Shown: positions 50,910 through 64,000 of the stretch, piece after piece | Numbering within the stretch: position 1 is the stretch's first letter | Layout: every line of letters begins with the position of its first letter | NCBI RefSeq assembly: GCF_006345805.1 | Contig: NC_043010.1 | Location: forward strand, 4,650,001 to 4,714,000 | DNA: 64,000 nucleotides | From: Octopus sinensis | Taxonomy: Eukaryota | Reading direction: 5' to 3' | Translations under genes and position numbers: made by a program | Notes under the pieces: generated by a model | Told to the model about the DNA's origin: nothing | The model's database searches: none | The model's input: only the letters and a program-made list of their open reading frames with translations

Positions 50910-51293
50910 ATAGGAGCACTCCGTCGGTTGCGATGATGAGGGTTCCAGCTGATACGATCAACGGAACAGCTTGCTTGTGATATTAACGTGCAAGTGGCTG
51001 AGCACTCCACAGATACGTGTACCCTTAACGTAGTTCTCGAGGAGATTCAGCGTGACACAGATTGTGACAAGGCTGGCCCTTTGAAATACAGGTACAAGAG
51101 AAACAGGAAGTAAGAGTGAGAGAAAGTTGTGGTGAAAGAGTACAGCAGGGTTCACCACCATCCCCTGCCGGAGCCTCGTGGAGCTTTAGGTGTTTTCGCT
51201 CAATAAACACTCAAAATGCTCGGTCTGGGAATCGAAACCGCGATCCTCCGACCGCAAGTCCGCTGCCCTAACCACTGGGCCATTGCGCCTCCA
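50910..51293 (-). mobile_element. SINE family D (tRNA-derived, ~385 bp) with 14-bp TSD
   Basis: Head TGGCCCAGTGG...GGTTTCGATTCC; TSD CACTGCAACTGCTA at 50896-50909 and 51294-51307. Confidence 0.9.
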
Positions 51294-51786
51294 CACTGCA
51301 ACTGCTACCATGGTTAGGACATAGACTAAATATACTTTGAAGAACACACTTTAAATTTTGATTAGCTGAAGACAGTGAAAACTGTCAGTAAAATGTGATT
51401 TTCTTTTGCCGGCAGAACTTCTTTTGATACGACTTGTGTTAAATTTTATTCACTAAAACTTCTTTTATGCACAAACTTATATCCGTATGAAAACTTTTTA
51501 GTAAAATGTAATTCTCTCACTTTCTATTTTATTTTATTTTATTTTATTTTATTTTATTTTTGTGTAAAAATGATCTTCTGAAAACACAACCTTGATATTT
51601 TTATAGTAAAACCATTATATGAAAACATTTGTTGTATGATAACAATTTCGTATCTATATTTCCATATATAATAGGGATATTTACCATGTGCATTAAAAAT
51701 TAAAATAAAACTTTTCTTCAAATGTGTTAATACACACACACACACACACATATATATATATGCATAAATATGTATGTGTGTGTGTA

Positions 51787-51864
<78 letters not shown>

Positions 51865-51874
51865 GCTCGCCAAG

Positions 51875-52106
51875 GGGGGTGAGCTGGCAGAAACGTTAGC
51901 ACACCGACCGAAATGCGTAGCCGTATTTCGTCTGCCGTTACGTTCTGAGTTCAAATTCCACTGAGGTCGACTTTGCCTTTCATCCTTTCGGGGTCGATAA
52001 ATTAAGTACCAGTTATGCACTGGGGTCGATGTAATCGACTTAATCCGTTTGTCTGTCCTTGTTTGTCCCCTCTATGTTTAGTCCCTTGTGGGCAATAAAG
52101 AAATAA
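51875..52106 (+). mobile_element. SINE family B, young copy
   Basis: GAGCTGGCAGAAACGTTAGC head, GAGTTCAAATTCC B box, CCTTTCATCCTTTCGGGGTCGATAAA core (resembles the Meta-type SINE domain). Confidence 0.9.
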
Positions 52107-52831
52107 TATATATATATATATATATATAAATGGTGGTGCCCCAGCATGGCCACAGTTCATAAGCTGAAACTAGAATCAATCAATCAATCATATATATATA
52201 ATTAATAGTGACAGAGGCAGTATTCATACCATTTCCTCTTAAGAGTGGATGTTTGTGTTAGAACACAGAATACTGCTATAGTTATTATAAGAGGACTTCT
52301 TATATGGACTAGTGGTGCATATAAGCGCTTGTGTTTATACTATTAGTGGGTAGATAATTATCCCCTATCACCACCAGATCACAGGATTTCTACCTTCCTT
52401 GGCCTTATCCATGTGTGTATGCATGCTTGTCTTTATTCTGCACCACTACTGATGATGGTTTGTTCACATTGCCATGACTTGGGTCTCTTTGAGCTCTGAA
52501 CTCAAATCCTTCAAGGGTCGATAAAAAATATCAGCCCAGGCATAGGCATTAACGAGTGGTTAAGAAATTTGCTTCCCAATCATATGATTTCAAGTTCAGT
52601 CCCACTGTGTGGCACCATAGGCATATGTTCTACTCTAGCCCCAGGCTGTCCAATACTTTATGAGTAGATTTAGTGCATATGTACATATGCTCGTACACAC
52701 ACACACACACACACATGCATGTGTGTGTATATACATGCATGTGTGTACATACATGCATGCATACATATATATTCAGCTCAATATCTATCTTTATATATCA
52801 TACAAAAGTGTGTGTATGCATGTGTGTGTGT

Positions 52832-52884
<53 letters not shown>

Positions 52885-53737
52885 ATGTGTGTGTATTTTA
52901 GCGTGTATGGAAAGAATCTTGGATGTTATGGTTTGAATATCACTGATGTAGAATTTGTAAAAAACACTTATTTATTTTTATCCAATTTTCATTTTCCTTT
53001 TTTAATCATCAGAAACTAATTTGGGTCTATACTAGATTCTGTGTTTTTTTTTTATTCTTTTAATATATGCATATTATTATTATATTAACAAATACAAGAA
53101 TTTTTTTGCTATATAAATATATTTTGTTTGCATTTGAAGTGTATAAATTTATTTTGTTTGAATATATAATTACATTTTCATTTTCTATCACTTGAAACAA
53201 CATCATTTTTTTATATTTTCTAGAGTGAAATAGTACAATACCAAATACTTTCATTATTGAATATACATAACTTGTATTATTTTGGAAACTAATATAGCTA
53301 TTATTACAATAATGATTTGTTTGCTTTTTTTTTTTTATCTATGTAATTAATATGTAAATATATGTATATAGCATGAGTTTAAGATTCTTTATTAATATTT
53401 CTTTTTTTAAGGCATTTTTTATGCTGATTAAATAGAAACAAAACAAAAAATTACTTTTGTATTTTTATTTAGTTGTTGTTGTTGTTGTTGTTGTTGTTGT
53501 TATTGAGCTGGCAGAATCATTAGAATGCCGGGTGAAATGCTTAGCAGCATTTGTCTGACTTGATGTTCTGAGTTCAAATTCTGCCAAGGTCAGTTTTGCC
53601 TTTCATCCTTTTGGGGTTGATAAAATAAGTACCAACAAAGCACTGAGGTCGATGTAATCGACTAACCCCGTTCTACAAAACTTCAGGCCTTGTGCCTATA
53701 GTAGAAAGGATTATTATTATTATTATTATTATTATTG

Positions 53738-54265
53738 AGTGAGAGAGAGCAGTGCATGCCATTAAAGTGACATTGGGGTAAAATATATAAAACCCAGTAT
53801 ACTCATCATGACTACCCGTCTGATAAGGGTACATCAGGCACATGCATCACAAACATATGAGTGCAACATGATAATCTCATATCAAGATAAACAGTGCATG
53901 ACCTTGCAGGTGGGACCCCAGTTAGAATGTTCTTTTGGTCGAGTTGCCCTTCCTGCACAAAAGGTCCCTGAATAAAGGTTGTTTAAGAAGTGAATTATCC
54001 AAACCCCAAAGAATTCCTCTCAACACATAGCTATGATGCTGCCCCACTACTTCTGCTCATGATCAGAGATGCACACATCGTCAGCCACTAAGGGACATGC
54101 TCAACTGGTTAAGGTCAAAGAACTGACAAGCAAATCTGTGATATTGAGCAGAATATCTGCTGTAGCCCATCTTTTATACCAAGACAAAACAATGTACATG
54201 GAAACACTTCCAATCAGTTAAGATTAGAACCCATGAGAGCCACTGTCTGGTACTGCATAAGGGTA
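53738..54265. mobile_element. ~530-bp non-coding interspersed element embedded in (TTA)n
   Basis: Complex sequence bounded on both sides by (TTA)n; no ORF, TIR or tRNA head seen; class unknown. Confidence 0.55.
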
Positions 54266-54296
54266 GTAATATTATTATTATTATTATTATTATTAC

Positions 54297-54343
<47 letters not shown>

Positions 54344-54344
<1 letters not shown>

Positions 54345-55023
54345 TTTATTTTTTCTTCTTTCAAATTTGCTTCCATTTCTTGCCGAGTGTCTTCCCGACT
54401 CCTAGGGCAAAGAAACTCATAGTATACATTGGTAGGCCATTAAACTAAACTCAATAGTTCGTTCATTTTTTTTTTTTTTAAAGTTAAATTAAAATACATG
54501 GGTAGTAGTAATTCTCACATCGACAATGCTCTTCTCAATACGTGTGATGTACCAGTTAAGACAATCTTTTGCACTTCTTGCAGGGATGGTAAGCCAGGGA
54601 TCATTCTCATATAATTTTCGGTTCCCTTCTTGATCATTCCTAGTGCTCCTACGATCACTGATATTGTAACCGCCTTGAGATGCCACATTTTCTCAATTTC
54701 AATGAGTAGGTCTTTATATTTTCTGAGCTTGTCAAACTCTTTTGCCAAGATATTAATGATCACAGGGGATGCTCATGTCGATCAATAAGCAAACTTTATT
54801 GTTTTGGTCTTTCACAACAATATCCGGTTTATTGGCTTGATGTTCGGTCTGTATGTACTGGAGAGTCCCACAGAATGGTTACATTTTCTCCTTCAGTTAC
54901 AGCTTCAGAGTGGTGATTATACCACTTGTCGGCAGTTTTGATATTGTAATGCCGACTTATTAACCAGTGTAGATATTGGCCAACTCTGTCATGTCTTAAT
55001 TTATACTCCACTGGTGCTAAGAC
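54344..55023 (-). pseudogene. 5'-truncated R4/Dong-type retrotransposon (post-zinc-knuckle RHD region and RLE) inside (TAA)n
   Basis: EYKLRHDRVGQYLHW...ILWDSPVHTDR / NKPDIVVKD...IDMSIP / AKEFDKLRKYKDLLIEIEKMW...VIVGALG; (TTA)n on both flanks. Confidence 0.85.
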
Positions 55024-55042
55024 TTTATTATTATTATTATTA

Positions 55043-55080
<38 letters not shown>

Positions 55081-55231
55081 TATTATTATTATAATAATAA
55101 TAATATTATTATTATTATAATAATAATTATTATTATTATTATTATTATTATAATTATTATTATTATTATTATTATTATAATAATTATTATTATTACTATT
55201 ATTATTATTATAATAATTATTATTATTATTA

Positions 55232-55598
55232 TTACCTCCGCCTTAGCAGAGGCGGAGGTATTGTCTTCAGTTGTGCTGTTTGTTTGTTTGTCTGCGGACA
55301 AAATATCACAACAACAGCTGGATGGATTTGGATAAAACTTTCAGGGATGTTTAACCTTGTGATCGGCAAGAACTGATTAGATTATAGGATCGACCTGGTA
55401 CCAGACAAGGATTCTGGATTATGTTCCTGTGTTTTTTTACTTAATTTTTGAGAGTTGTTGGGTTCATTTTTAGTATTCTTGCTTGTGAGAGCTGTTGAGT
55501 TTGTTTCAGATAGTCTCAGTCTAAAAATCCTCTCTGGCTAATTGTTGAGAGGATGTTAGTGTTGCCTTGGCAGAGGTTTGTGTTCTCTGAGTGCTCTT
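55232..55598 (+). mobile_element. Helentron-associated (HINE/DINE-1-like) element
   Basis: Perfect 9-bp hairpin ACCTCCGCC/GGCGGAGGT (55234-55259), (GTTT)n, 3' subTIR GGCAGAGGT. Confidence 0.7.
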
Positions 55599-55652
55599 AT
55601 TATTTAATTATTGTTGTCATTGTTATTATTACTATTATTATGATTGTTGTTA

Positions 55653-55714
<62 letters not shown>

Positions 55715-55989
55715 TGCAGATTCTGGATTTCTGAGACTCAAACCAAAATAATGTATCTGTATAGCATTAAAAATTAGAAAAAAAATCAAAAGCTTAATAG
55801 ATGTAGGTATGGATGTGTGATTAAGAAGCCTACTTTGCAACTATTTGGTTCTGGGTTCAGTTTCACGGCATGGCACCTTGACTAAGTGCCATCTACTATA
55901 GCTCCAAGCTGACCAATGATTTGTGAGTGAATTTGGTAGACAGAAATTGTGTGGAAGCCTGTCATATATATATATGTATATATATATAT

Positions 55990-56402
55990 AAAATCAAAAT
56001 CAAATTCGATGACTGGCATCCGTGCTAGCGGGGTGCAAAGAGCACCATATGAGTGTGATCTTGGCAGAGCTGCTAACCGGCTTCCGTGCCAGTGGCACAT
56101 AAAAGGCACCACTCAAGTGTAATTGTTACTAGCGTAGCCTTACTGGCACCTGTGCCGGTGGCATGTGTAAAAAGATTCGAGCAAGGTCATTGCCAGTACT
56201 GCCTGACTGGCTCCCATGCCGGTGGCACGTAAAATGCACCCACTACACTCTCGGAGTGGTTGGCGTTAGGAAGAGCATCCAGCTGTAGGAACTCTGCCAA
56301 ATCAAGATTGGAGCCTGGTGCAGCCATCTGGTTCGCCAGCCCTCAGTCAAAATCGTCCAACCCATGCTAGCATGGAAAGCGGACGTTAAACGATGATGAT
56401 GA
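55990..56402 (+). mobile_element. SINE-like family C
   Basis: Three GTGCC.GTGGCAC units plus tail. Confidence 0.85.
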
Positions 56403-56629
56403 TATATATATGCACACATACATACATATATAAGAGAAGAATCTGACAGGGTGCAGCACTGGACAGGTATGGTGCTTGTGAACCTTTTACTACAAGAGAG
56501 AAGTTTTTCCATGGTAACCTCAATGAATTTGCCTTTAGATGTTGGAATATGTCACAAACATATTTTAACTAGCCTAAAGTTTGCTTATGCTTAAACAGTG
56601 CTTGGCGTCTATACTGCTGTAATATATAT

Positions 56630-57041
56630 ACTCTTTTTACTCTTTTACTTGTTTCAGTCATTTGACTGCAGCCATGCTGGAGCACCACCTTTAATCGAGC
56701 AACTCGACCCCGGGACTTATTCTTTGTAAGCCCAGTACTTATTCTATCGGTCTCTTTTGCCGAACCGCTAAGTAACAGGGATGTAAACACACCAGCATCG
56801 GTTGTCAAGCAATGTTGGGGGGACAAACACAGACACACAAACATATGCACACACACATATATATATATATAGATATATATACATATATACGACGGGCTTC
56901 TTTCAGTTTCCGACTACCAAATCCACTCACAAGGCATTGGTCGGCCCGAGGCTATAGTAGAAGACACTTGCCCAAGGTGCCACACAGTGGGACTGAACCC
57001 GGAACCATGTGGTTGGTGAGCAAGCTACTTACCACACAGCC
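56630..57041 (-). mobile_element. SINE family A, full length
   Basis: Near-consensus copy. Confidence 0.9.
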
Positions 57042-57093
<52 letters not shown>

Positions 57094-57094
57094 A

Positions 57095-58310
57095 TCAAGT
57101 CATTAAGAATGAAATGTTCGATGATCTTATGCACCAAATTTGATAGTCACTAACTCTAATGTTTTATCCTGATAATTCTCTGTTTTAACAAGTTTTAAGA
57201 GTTACTTCGTTACTTTTCGAAATGCGATTCATGGTGTCTGATTATATTGAGAGTTTTCTCTTGTAAATCAATTTTAGTGAACTCGTGGATAAATCAAAAA
57301 TGTGTGTTGTTTATGAATATGAGTTCTGTCGTGGAACCAATGCATCCCAGACACCTCAAAATGTCAATGAGGTTGTTTGGTGAAGACATGGAGAATGAGC
57401 ACACTGTGCATCAATGGTTTGAGAAGTTCCAGTCCAGTGACTTTACTCTTGAAAATCATCCCTGTGGTAGACCTGAGACAAAGGTGTATAACGATGAGCT
57501 GGAACCTGTAGTGGAAGTGGATTAATCTCGTACTACACGTGAGCTAGCAGCAAGGTTTGATGTTTCAATTCCAACTCTAGTGGAGCTTCTGAAACAAATT
57601 GCAAGGTTTTAAAGAAGCTGGACATGTGGGTACCACATGAACTGAATGAGCATCAAATAACACGTTTTCTTGAAACTTACTGTTCTTTACTGACATGGCA
57701 TGAAAGTGAACCATTTTTGGATTGTATTGTTATGTGGGATGAAAAATGGATTCTCTTCAACAATAGCAAGCATTCTGCACAGTGGTTGGATAGAGACAAA
57801 AAGTGCCAAAACACAATCCAAAAAAGAATAATTACCAAAAAAATGTTAATGGTATCTGTTTGGTGGTCCAGTGCTGTTGTCATCCACTACAGCTTCAAGA
57901 GACCTGGTAAGTCAATTACAGCAGATGTATACATCAACCAATTGGAGGAAATTATGAGTGAACTTGCAATTAAACAACAAATATTGGTCAATAGAGACAA
58001 GCCAATTCTCTTGCAAGACAATGCTCGATCACATGTTGCTCAAAGAACACTACTCAAGTTACAGGAACTGAACTTGGAAGTACTCTGCCATCCACCATAT
58101 TCACCAGACCTTGCACCAACTGACTATCACATTTTCCAGGCATTAGACAACATTTTGCAAAGAAAAATCTTCAAATCTGAAGAAGATGCAAAAACAGCCT
58201 TTCATGATTTCAACACCTCTGCCTCTCCAGAATTCTTCGCTGCTGGCATAAATAAGCTACCAATAATATGGCAAAACTGTGTTGATAATTTAGGTGCATA
58301 CTTTGATTAG
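57095..58310 (+). pseudogene. Decayed mariner (DD34D) transposase
   Basis: WVPHEL, WDEKWI, QDNARSH and YSPDLAPTDYH motifs, 34 residues between the 2nd and 3rd D; N-terminal half broken by frameshifts and a stop; right TIR not found. Confidence 0.9.
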
Positions 58311-58567
58311 CTGCATTGCTTTTTGTTGGGATAAAGTATTCACATTAAAAGGTTTTGACTTAGCATTATTTACCCAAGCACCTAGAACTAGGCATTTAAC
58401 AAGAACAAGATTGTTGAATAATATCCATAGCCTTAATGTAGTGTGCCTGGGAATCCAGGCAGAAAAATCTAATGATGTTGCTTCTGATTGGACCCCATGG
58501 AGGAGATGTCTGAAGACTCTATTCCCATGACCCTCCCAAGAATAGTGGACAGAGATGATGGAAGGAT

Positions 58568-58598
<31 letters not shown>

Positions 58599-58949
58599 TC
58601 TACACATACATACACCTGTGTGTGTGTGCATGCACACATGTTAGGTTACCTTACTTTTCAGATCAAATTCACTCACAAGGGCATTAGTTGGCTTGGAGCT
58701 ACTGCAGAAGACAAAGGCTCAAGGCTGAAGCATGTGGTTTTGAAACTACGCTGCTATGCCTATGCATAAGGCTTGATAATGTATTGTTCAATAAAATACA
58801 GTAATATATAATATATGAGCATACTTAAGGTGGCAAGATGGCAGAATCATTACTGCTCAGCAGCCTTTCATCTGTCTTTACATTTTGAGTTTAAATTCCA
58901 CAGAGACTGACTTTGCTTTCATCCTTTTAGACATGATAAAATAAGTACC

Positions 58950-59184
58950 GATTTCTTTACTACCCACAAGGGGCTAAACACAGAGGGGACAATCAAGGAC
59001 AGACATAGGTATTAAGTCGATTACATCGACCCCAGTGCATAACTGGTACTTAATTTGTCGACCCCGAAAGGATGAAAGGCAAAGTCGACCTTGGCGGAAT
59101 TTGAACTCAGAACATAACGGCAGACGAAATACCGCTAAGCATTTCGCCCGGCGTGCTAACGTTTCTGCCAGCTCGCCGCCTTAA
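58950..59184 (-). mobile_element. Young family B SINE nested in an older, oppositely oriented family B copy (58830-59270)
   Basis: 15-bp TSD GATAAAATAAGTACC at 58935-58949 and 59185-59199. Confidence 0.9.
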
Positions 59185-59679
59185 GATAAAATAAGTACCA
59201 GTTGCACACTGGAGTCAATGTAATCGACTTACCTTCTTCCCCAGAAATACCAACCTTGTGCCAAAACTTGAATTTGATATAATTTTTACCTCTCCCTTAC
59301 CATGCTTGCATGGGTCAGATGGAATTTGTTGAGACAGCTGTTTCTATGGCTTGATGCCCTTTCCATCACCAGAACTAATCTGTTTCCAAGCAAGGTAATA
59401 TTTTTCCATGGTTAGATTTGTTTTCCATTGAACACAAGAACAGAAACAAACATCACTTCCAGAATGGTGATGCTTGTTTTTACAATCATCACATGATGTC
59501 AAGACAAGGGTACGCACACAGTTATATAAATACACATACACACACACATATTTGTGTATTATGTATACATATATATGCACCCACACATAATTATGTGTTT
59601 GAATATTATATATAATTTACACATATACACAATGCTATAAATAATATATATATGTATGTCTATATATATATGTATATAG

Positions 59680-59712
<33 letters not shown>

Positions 59713-59728
59713 TGTATGTATGTATGTA

Positions 59729-60108
59729 GTGGAGGCTCAATGGCCCAGTGGTTAGGGCAGCAGATGGGCAGTCATAGGATCGCGGTTTTGATTCCCAGAC
59801 CTGGCATTGTGAGTGTTTATTGAGCGAAAACACCTAAAGCCCCACGAGGCTCCACCAGAGGGTGGTGGTGAACCCTGCTGTACTCTTTCACCATAACTTT
59901 GTCACTCCTTCTTCCTGTTTCTGTGGTACTTGTATTTCAAAGGGGCCAGCCTTGTCACACTCTGTGTCATGCTGAATCTCCCTAAGAACTATGTTAAGGG
60001 TACATGTGTCTGTGGAGTACTCAGCCACTTGCACGTTAATTTCACAAGCAGGCTGTTCCGTTGATTGAATCGCCTGGAATCCTCATCATCGAAACCGACG
60101 GAGTGCCT
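59729..60108 (+). mobile_element. SINE family D
   Basis: Reverse complement sibling of 50910-51293. Confidence 0.85.
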
Positions 60109-60156
60109 TATGCACATATATACACACATACATACATAATACATACATACAAATAC

Positions 60157-60210
<54 letters not shown>

Positions 60211-61639
60211 CTCATATATATATATATATATACATACATATATTTATATATACATAACTACATACATATGTAAATGTATATACATATATATACATATGTG
60301 CGTGTGCATGAGTGTTTTATATATATATTTTATTTATTTATGCATTGTTACTGAATTAATAATTTGAAATGTCAGTAAAAAAAACTGGGATCAGGTGGTG
60401 AAATTCTTTCCTGTACATCCAAATATGTTACAGAGATTACTGACAATGGAAAGCAAAGAATATTTTGAATAAAATTATATAAAAAAGTCAAAATATACGT
60501 GTGATTGTGTGTGTGTGTGTATATATATATATGTATGTATGTTTAAATATATGTAGATATGTATGCTTACATACACAGGAACACATGTACACACACAATT
60601 ACAAGCATGTATGCATATACATATATATATACACATATATGTATAAATGTAGTTATATATGTGTGTAAATATATGTATACATACACATGCATATATATGT
60701 ACATATGTGTACATATGTGTGTGTGCGTACACACATATATATTTGTCTACATGTAGTATAAGTGTATAAAAGACAGAGAAGGAAGAAAGAAAGAAAGAAA
60801 GAAAGAGTGAGTGAATGAGTGGGTGGGTGTAAAAGAAGGAAGGAGAAAGTGGAAAGAGAATATTTCCCTGTGTCTGTAGCTTTGACAGATTAGCAACAAA
60901 ACACACAAAAAAAAAAAAAAAGTAATAAAGAAAGAAAAAAAAAGAAAAACTAAGCATAAATCAAACAAAAAAAACCGTCTCTGAATGGCTAACTACAGAG
61001 CTTGTTTCTTAGAAAGTTCTTTCTTTCTTTTTGCTTTGTTTTCTTTTTTTTAGAAATTCTAATTTCCTTGAAAGAATTCAGTTTCCTAAAACTGAAAATA
61101 TTTGCAGAAGAATCAGCCTGAATTCAACAATACATCTAAATGAAAGACTGGATTAAATGTCAAATGAAACAGTTGACAGTTATTGATGCATTGTAGCTCT
61201 CTCTTGTGACAGTTGAAGCAGGGCAGGCATGGCGCGGAGGCTGGAATATATTTTCTTCTATATATCATCATACAAAATACTATAGCTCAACAACTCTGCC
61301 CTTTCTGCTGTGCGAGTGTATGTGTATATAATGTTGCAGTATTTACATATTGGCATGTCATTTCATCAGCGTAACATAATACCGGTTAAAAACACTGTAA
61401 CATTGCACGAAAGGCTGTCGATGTAAAGATTTGTTGTTGAGCTATAATATATTAATATATGTATATATACAGGTACATATACATACATGTTCATGCGCGT
61501 ACATACATATACATACATTTGCACAGAGATACACACACAGCTATTCATATGTATGTATATGCATCTACTTATGCAGATAACTGTGTAAGAATATACAGAC
61601 ACATACATAGAGACATATAAACATGTATCATTTGATTGT

Positions 61640-61784
61640 TCATGTGTGTGTGTATATGTGTGTGTATACACACACATGTATATGGATATTTATATATGCA
61701 TATATATGCATTATATAATTATATATATATTTATGTAGGTATATATACATATATATATATATATACATATATATACATATATAC

Positions 61785-61821
<37 letters not shown>

Positions 61822-61930
61822 CATACATACATACATACATACATACATACATACATACATGCATGCATACATACATACATACATACATACATACATGCAT
61901 GCATGCATACATACATACATACATACATAC

Positions 61931-61967
<37 letters not shown>

Positions 61968-62180
61968 GTATGCATATATGACTGTGTATGTTTCTTTGAA
62001 TGTATCTGTGTTTATACAAATACTGTATTGACATATATTAGTATATTACAGAGTCTGTATATGTGCAAATACGCTCACACATACATAAACACATACAAAC
62101 GTACAATCATACATTCATACATACACACCACCATTCATGCATATAAACATATATACATGCATACATATATGTAATTAATA
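61640..62180. repeat. (TA)n/(CATA)n/(CA)n microsatellite field
   Basis: Directly visible. Confidence 0.95.
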
Positions 62181-62519
62181 ATTTGTGCATAGTTTTCTGT
62201 ACATGTTCATCTAACAATAGAAACAGCACAATTTTTGGAATTGTTTTATTCTTTTATACATCTCAATGTTATTTAGAATCAGTTCTGACTGAATATATTT
62301 ATTATTAAGACATTTAGTATTCTGTACTTTAGAGTTGGAACTAAATTTCACCATTATTTATCTCAAGCATCGTTTAATTTTTGCAGTAGTCAAGTCACAT
62401 CAGTTGATTCTTCACGGTTACATTTGTTGAATGCCGAAGAATCAAAGTTGGAAGCGCAGAGGCTAGCGAGTCATTCAAACTACCCATTAAATGTCCTTCA
62501 AATTATAAATACACACACA

Positions 62520-62950
62520 TCATCATCATCATTGTTCGACCGTGGTCGAGACAATGGACTTTACTATGCTACGCCAGACTTCACGGTCCATCATGGCATT
62601 ACGGAGGTCCCGTTGCTGGATGCCTGTATCCCTGGAGATTACATCAGGGTAGGAGAGTGTGCGCCCTCTGGTATCGCGACCGTGGTCGAGACAATGGAAT
62701 TTACCATGTTACGCCAGACTTCACGTTCCATCATGGCATTACGGAGGTCCTGTTGCTGGATGCCTGTATCCCTGGAGATTACATCAGGGTAGGAGAGTGT
62801 GCGCTCTCTGTTATTGCGAGTAGATGCCTCGTTTTCAGCTCTACAACAATGTCCAGCAAACTGGATTCTCTTACCTTTCACAAGCATGGCACAGACATGG
62901 TCATCATAAGGTACAGCCACACTGGACAGTTGTCCAGGGACTTCAAAGAT
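62520..62950 (-). pseudogene. RTE-clade LINE 3' end with tandemly duplicated terminal ~135 bp
   Basis: RIQFAGHCCRAENE...RTLSYPDVISRDTGIQQQDLRNAMM; terminal block present twice; (GAT)n tail. Confidence 0.75.
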
Positions 62951-63086
62951 TTAGAGGTCCAGTTCTCATCTGTTCTGATACATGAATTCTGTAGCTTACT
63001 ATCCCAATAAATGAATACTATAGGACCTGGCACATTTACCCAAGGCCATACAATGCTGCAAATCAGGACCTGAATACTGGCATTCT

Positions 63087-63485
63087 TTTACTCTTTTACT
63101 TGTTTGAGTCATTTGACTGTGGCCATGCTGGAGCACCACCTTTAGTCGAGCAAATCGACCCTAGGACTTATTCTTTGTAAGCCTAGTACTTATTCTATCG
63201 GTCTCTTTTTGCCGAACCGCTAAGTTACAGGGACGTAAACACACTAGCATCGGTTGTCAAGCGATTTTGGGAGGACAAACATAGACACACAAGCACATAC
63301 ACACACACATATATATATATATGATGGGCTTCTTTTAATTTCCATCTACCAAATCCACTCACAAGGCTTTGGTCGGCCCGAGGTTATAGTAGAAGACACT
63401 TGCCCAAGGTGCCACGCAGTGGGGGTGAACCCTGAACCATGTGGTCGGTAAACAAGCTACTTACCACACAGCCACTCCTACGCCT
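63087..63485 (-). mobile_element. SINE family A, full length
   Basis: Near-consensus copy; further partial or diverged copies at ~12120, 22070, 22780, 28915, 31135, 33005, 36170, 47300, 55800 and 63890. Confidence 0.9.
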
Positions 63486-63969
63486 CATATGTATATATGT
63501 ATTAAATAAATAAACATACAAACACACCCACAAATACAAACACAGAGCTTCTCCAAGGTGCCATGCAATGAGACTGATGCTGGAACCATGGAGTTAGGAA
63601 GCAAGCTTCTCACCACACAGTCATACTGCACCTATACTACAGAAATTTTTAAAACCAAGGTCTTTATTGCATGATGGCTGATGATCAATATTCACATATA
63701 CTTGTACAATTTCTCCTCTTTTATATCAAGATTCTCTAATAACCTTGTTCACTCTACCATATGTCCATATATATGTGTGTATGTGTGTGTGTGTATGTGT
63801 GTGTGTGTATGCACGCGTGCATGTGAGTGTTTGTGCATGTATGTACTCATGTATGCATGTATGTATGTATGTATGAATTTTCTTTTATTCTTTAATTTTT
63901 TTATTTGCTCCAGTCATTTGACTGTGGCCATGCTAGAGCACTGCCTTTAGTCAAACAAATCGACCCCAG

Positions 63970-64000
<31 letters not shown>

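Noticed and set aside
57624-58310. Possible domesticated or active mariner (SETMAR-like) gene
   Set aside because: N-terminal half has frameshifts and a stop, no SET exon, no right TIR; treated as a decayed transposon.

Overview
AT-rich, repeat-saturated eukaryotic nuclear DNA. The repeat families match what I recall of octopod (Octopus-like) genomes; this is inference from memory, not a database search. No intact protein-coding gene could be identified. Nearly all ORFs in the track are translations of microsatellites or of SINEs read antisense. Only a few low-confidence spliced-exon candidates exist, mainly on the minus strand. The window is dominated by several tRNA-derived or RTE-tailed SINE families, piggyBac- and mariner-type MITEs and non-autonomous Helitrons/Helentron-like elements. 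It also holds decayed transposases (DD34D mariner, DD37D maT-type) and relics of RTE, R4/Dong-type and Penelope-like retroelements (PLE). The most notable signal is a set of minimal type I hammerhead-ribozyme folds. One at 7457-7506 (minus) has a complete fold with a compensatory G3:C8 core swap. A ~395-bp tandem repeat at 47.9-49.3 kb carries one hammerhead per unit, a retrozyme/PLE pseudo-LTR-like architecture. A tRNA-headed SINE with a hammerhead-type tail occurs at 34.7-35.0 kb. Also notable are a (TTA)n tract used as a landing pad by three different elements and several nested or tandem insertions with readable junctions.
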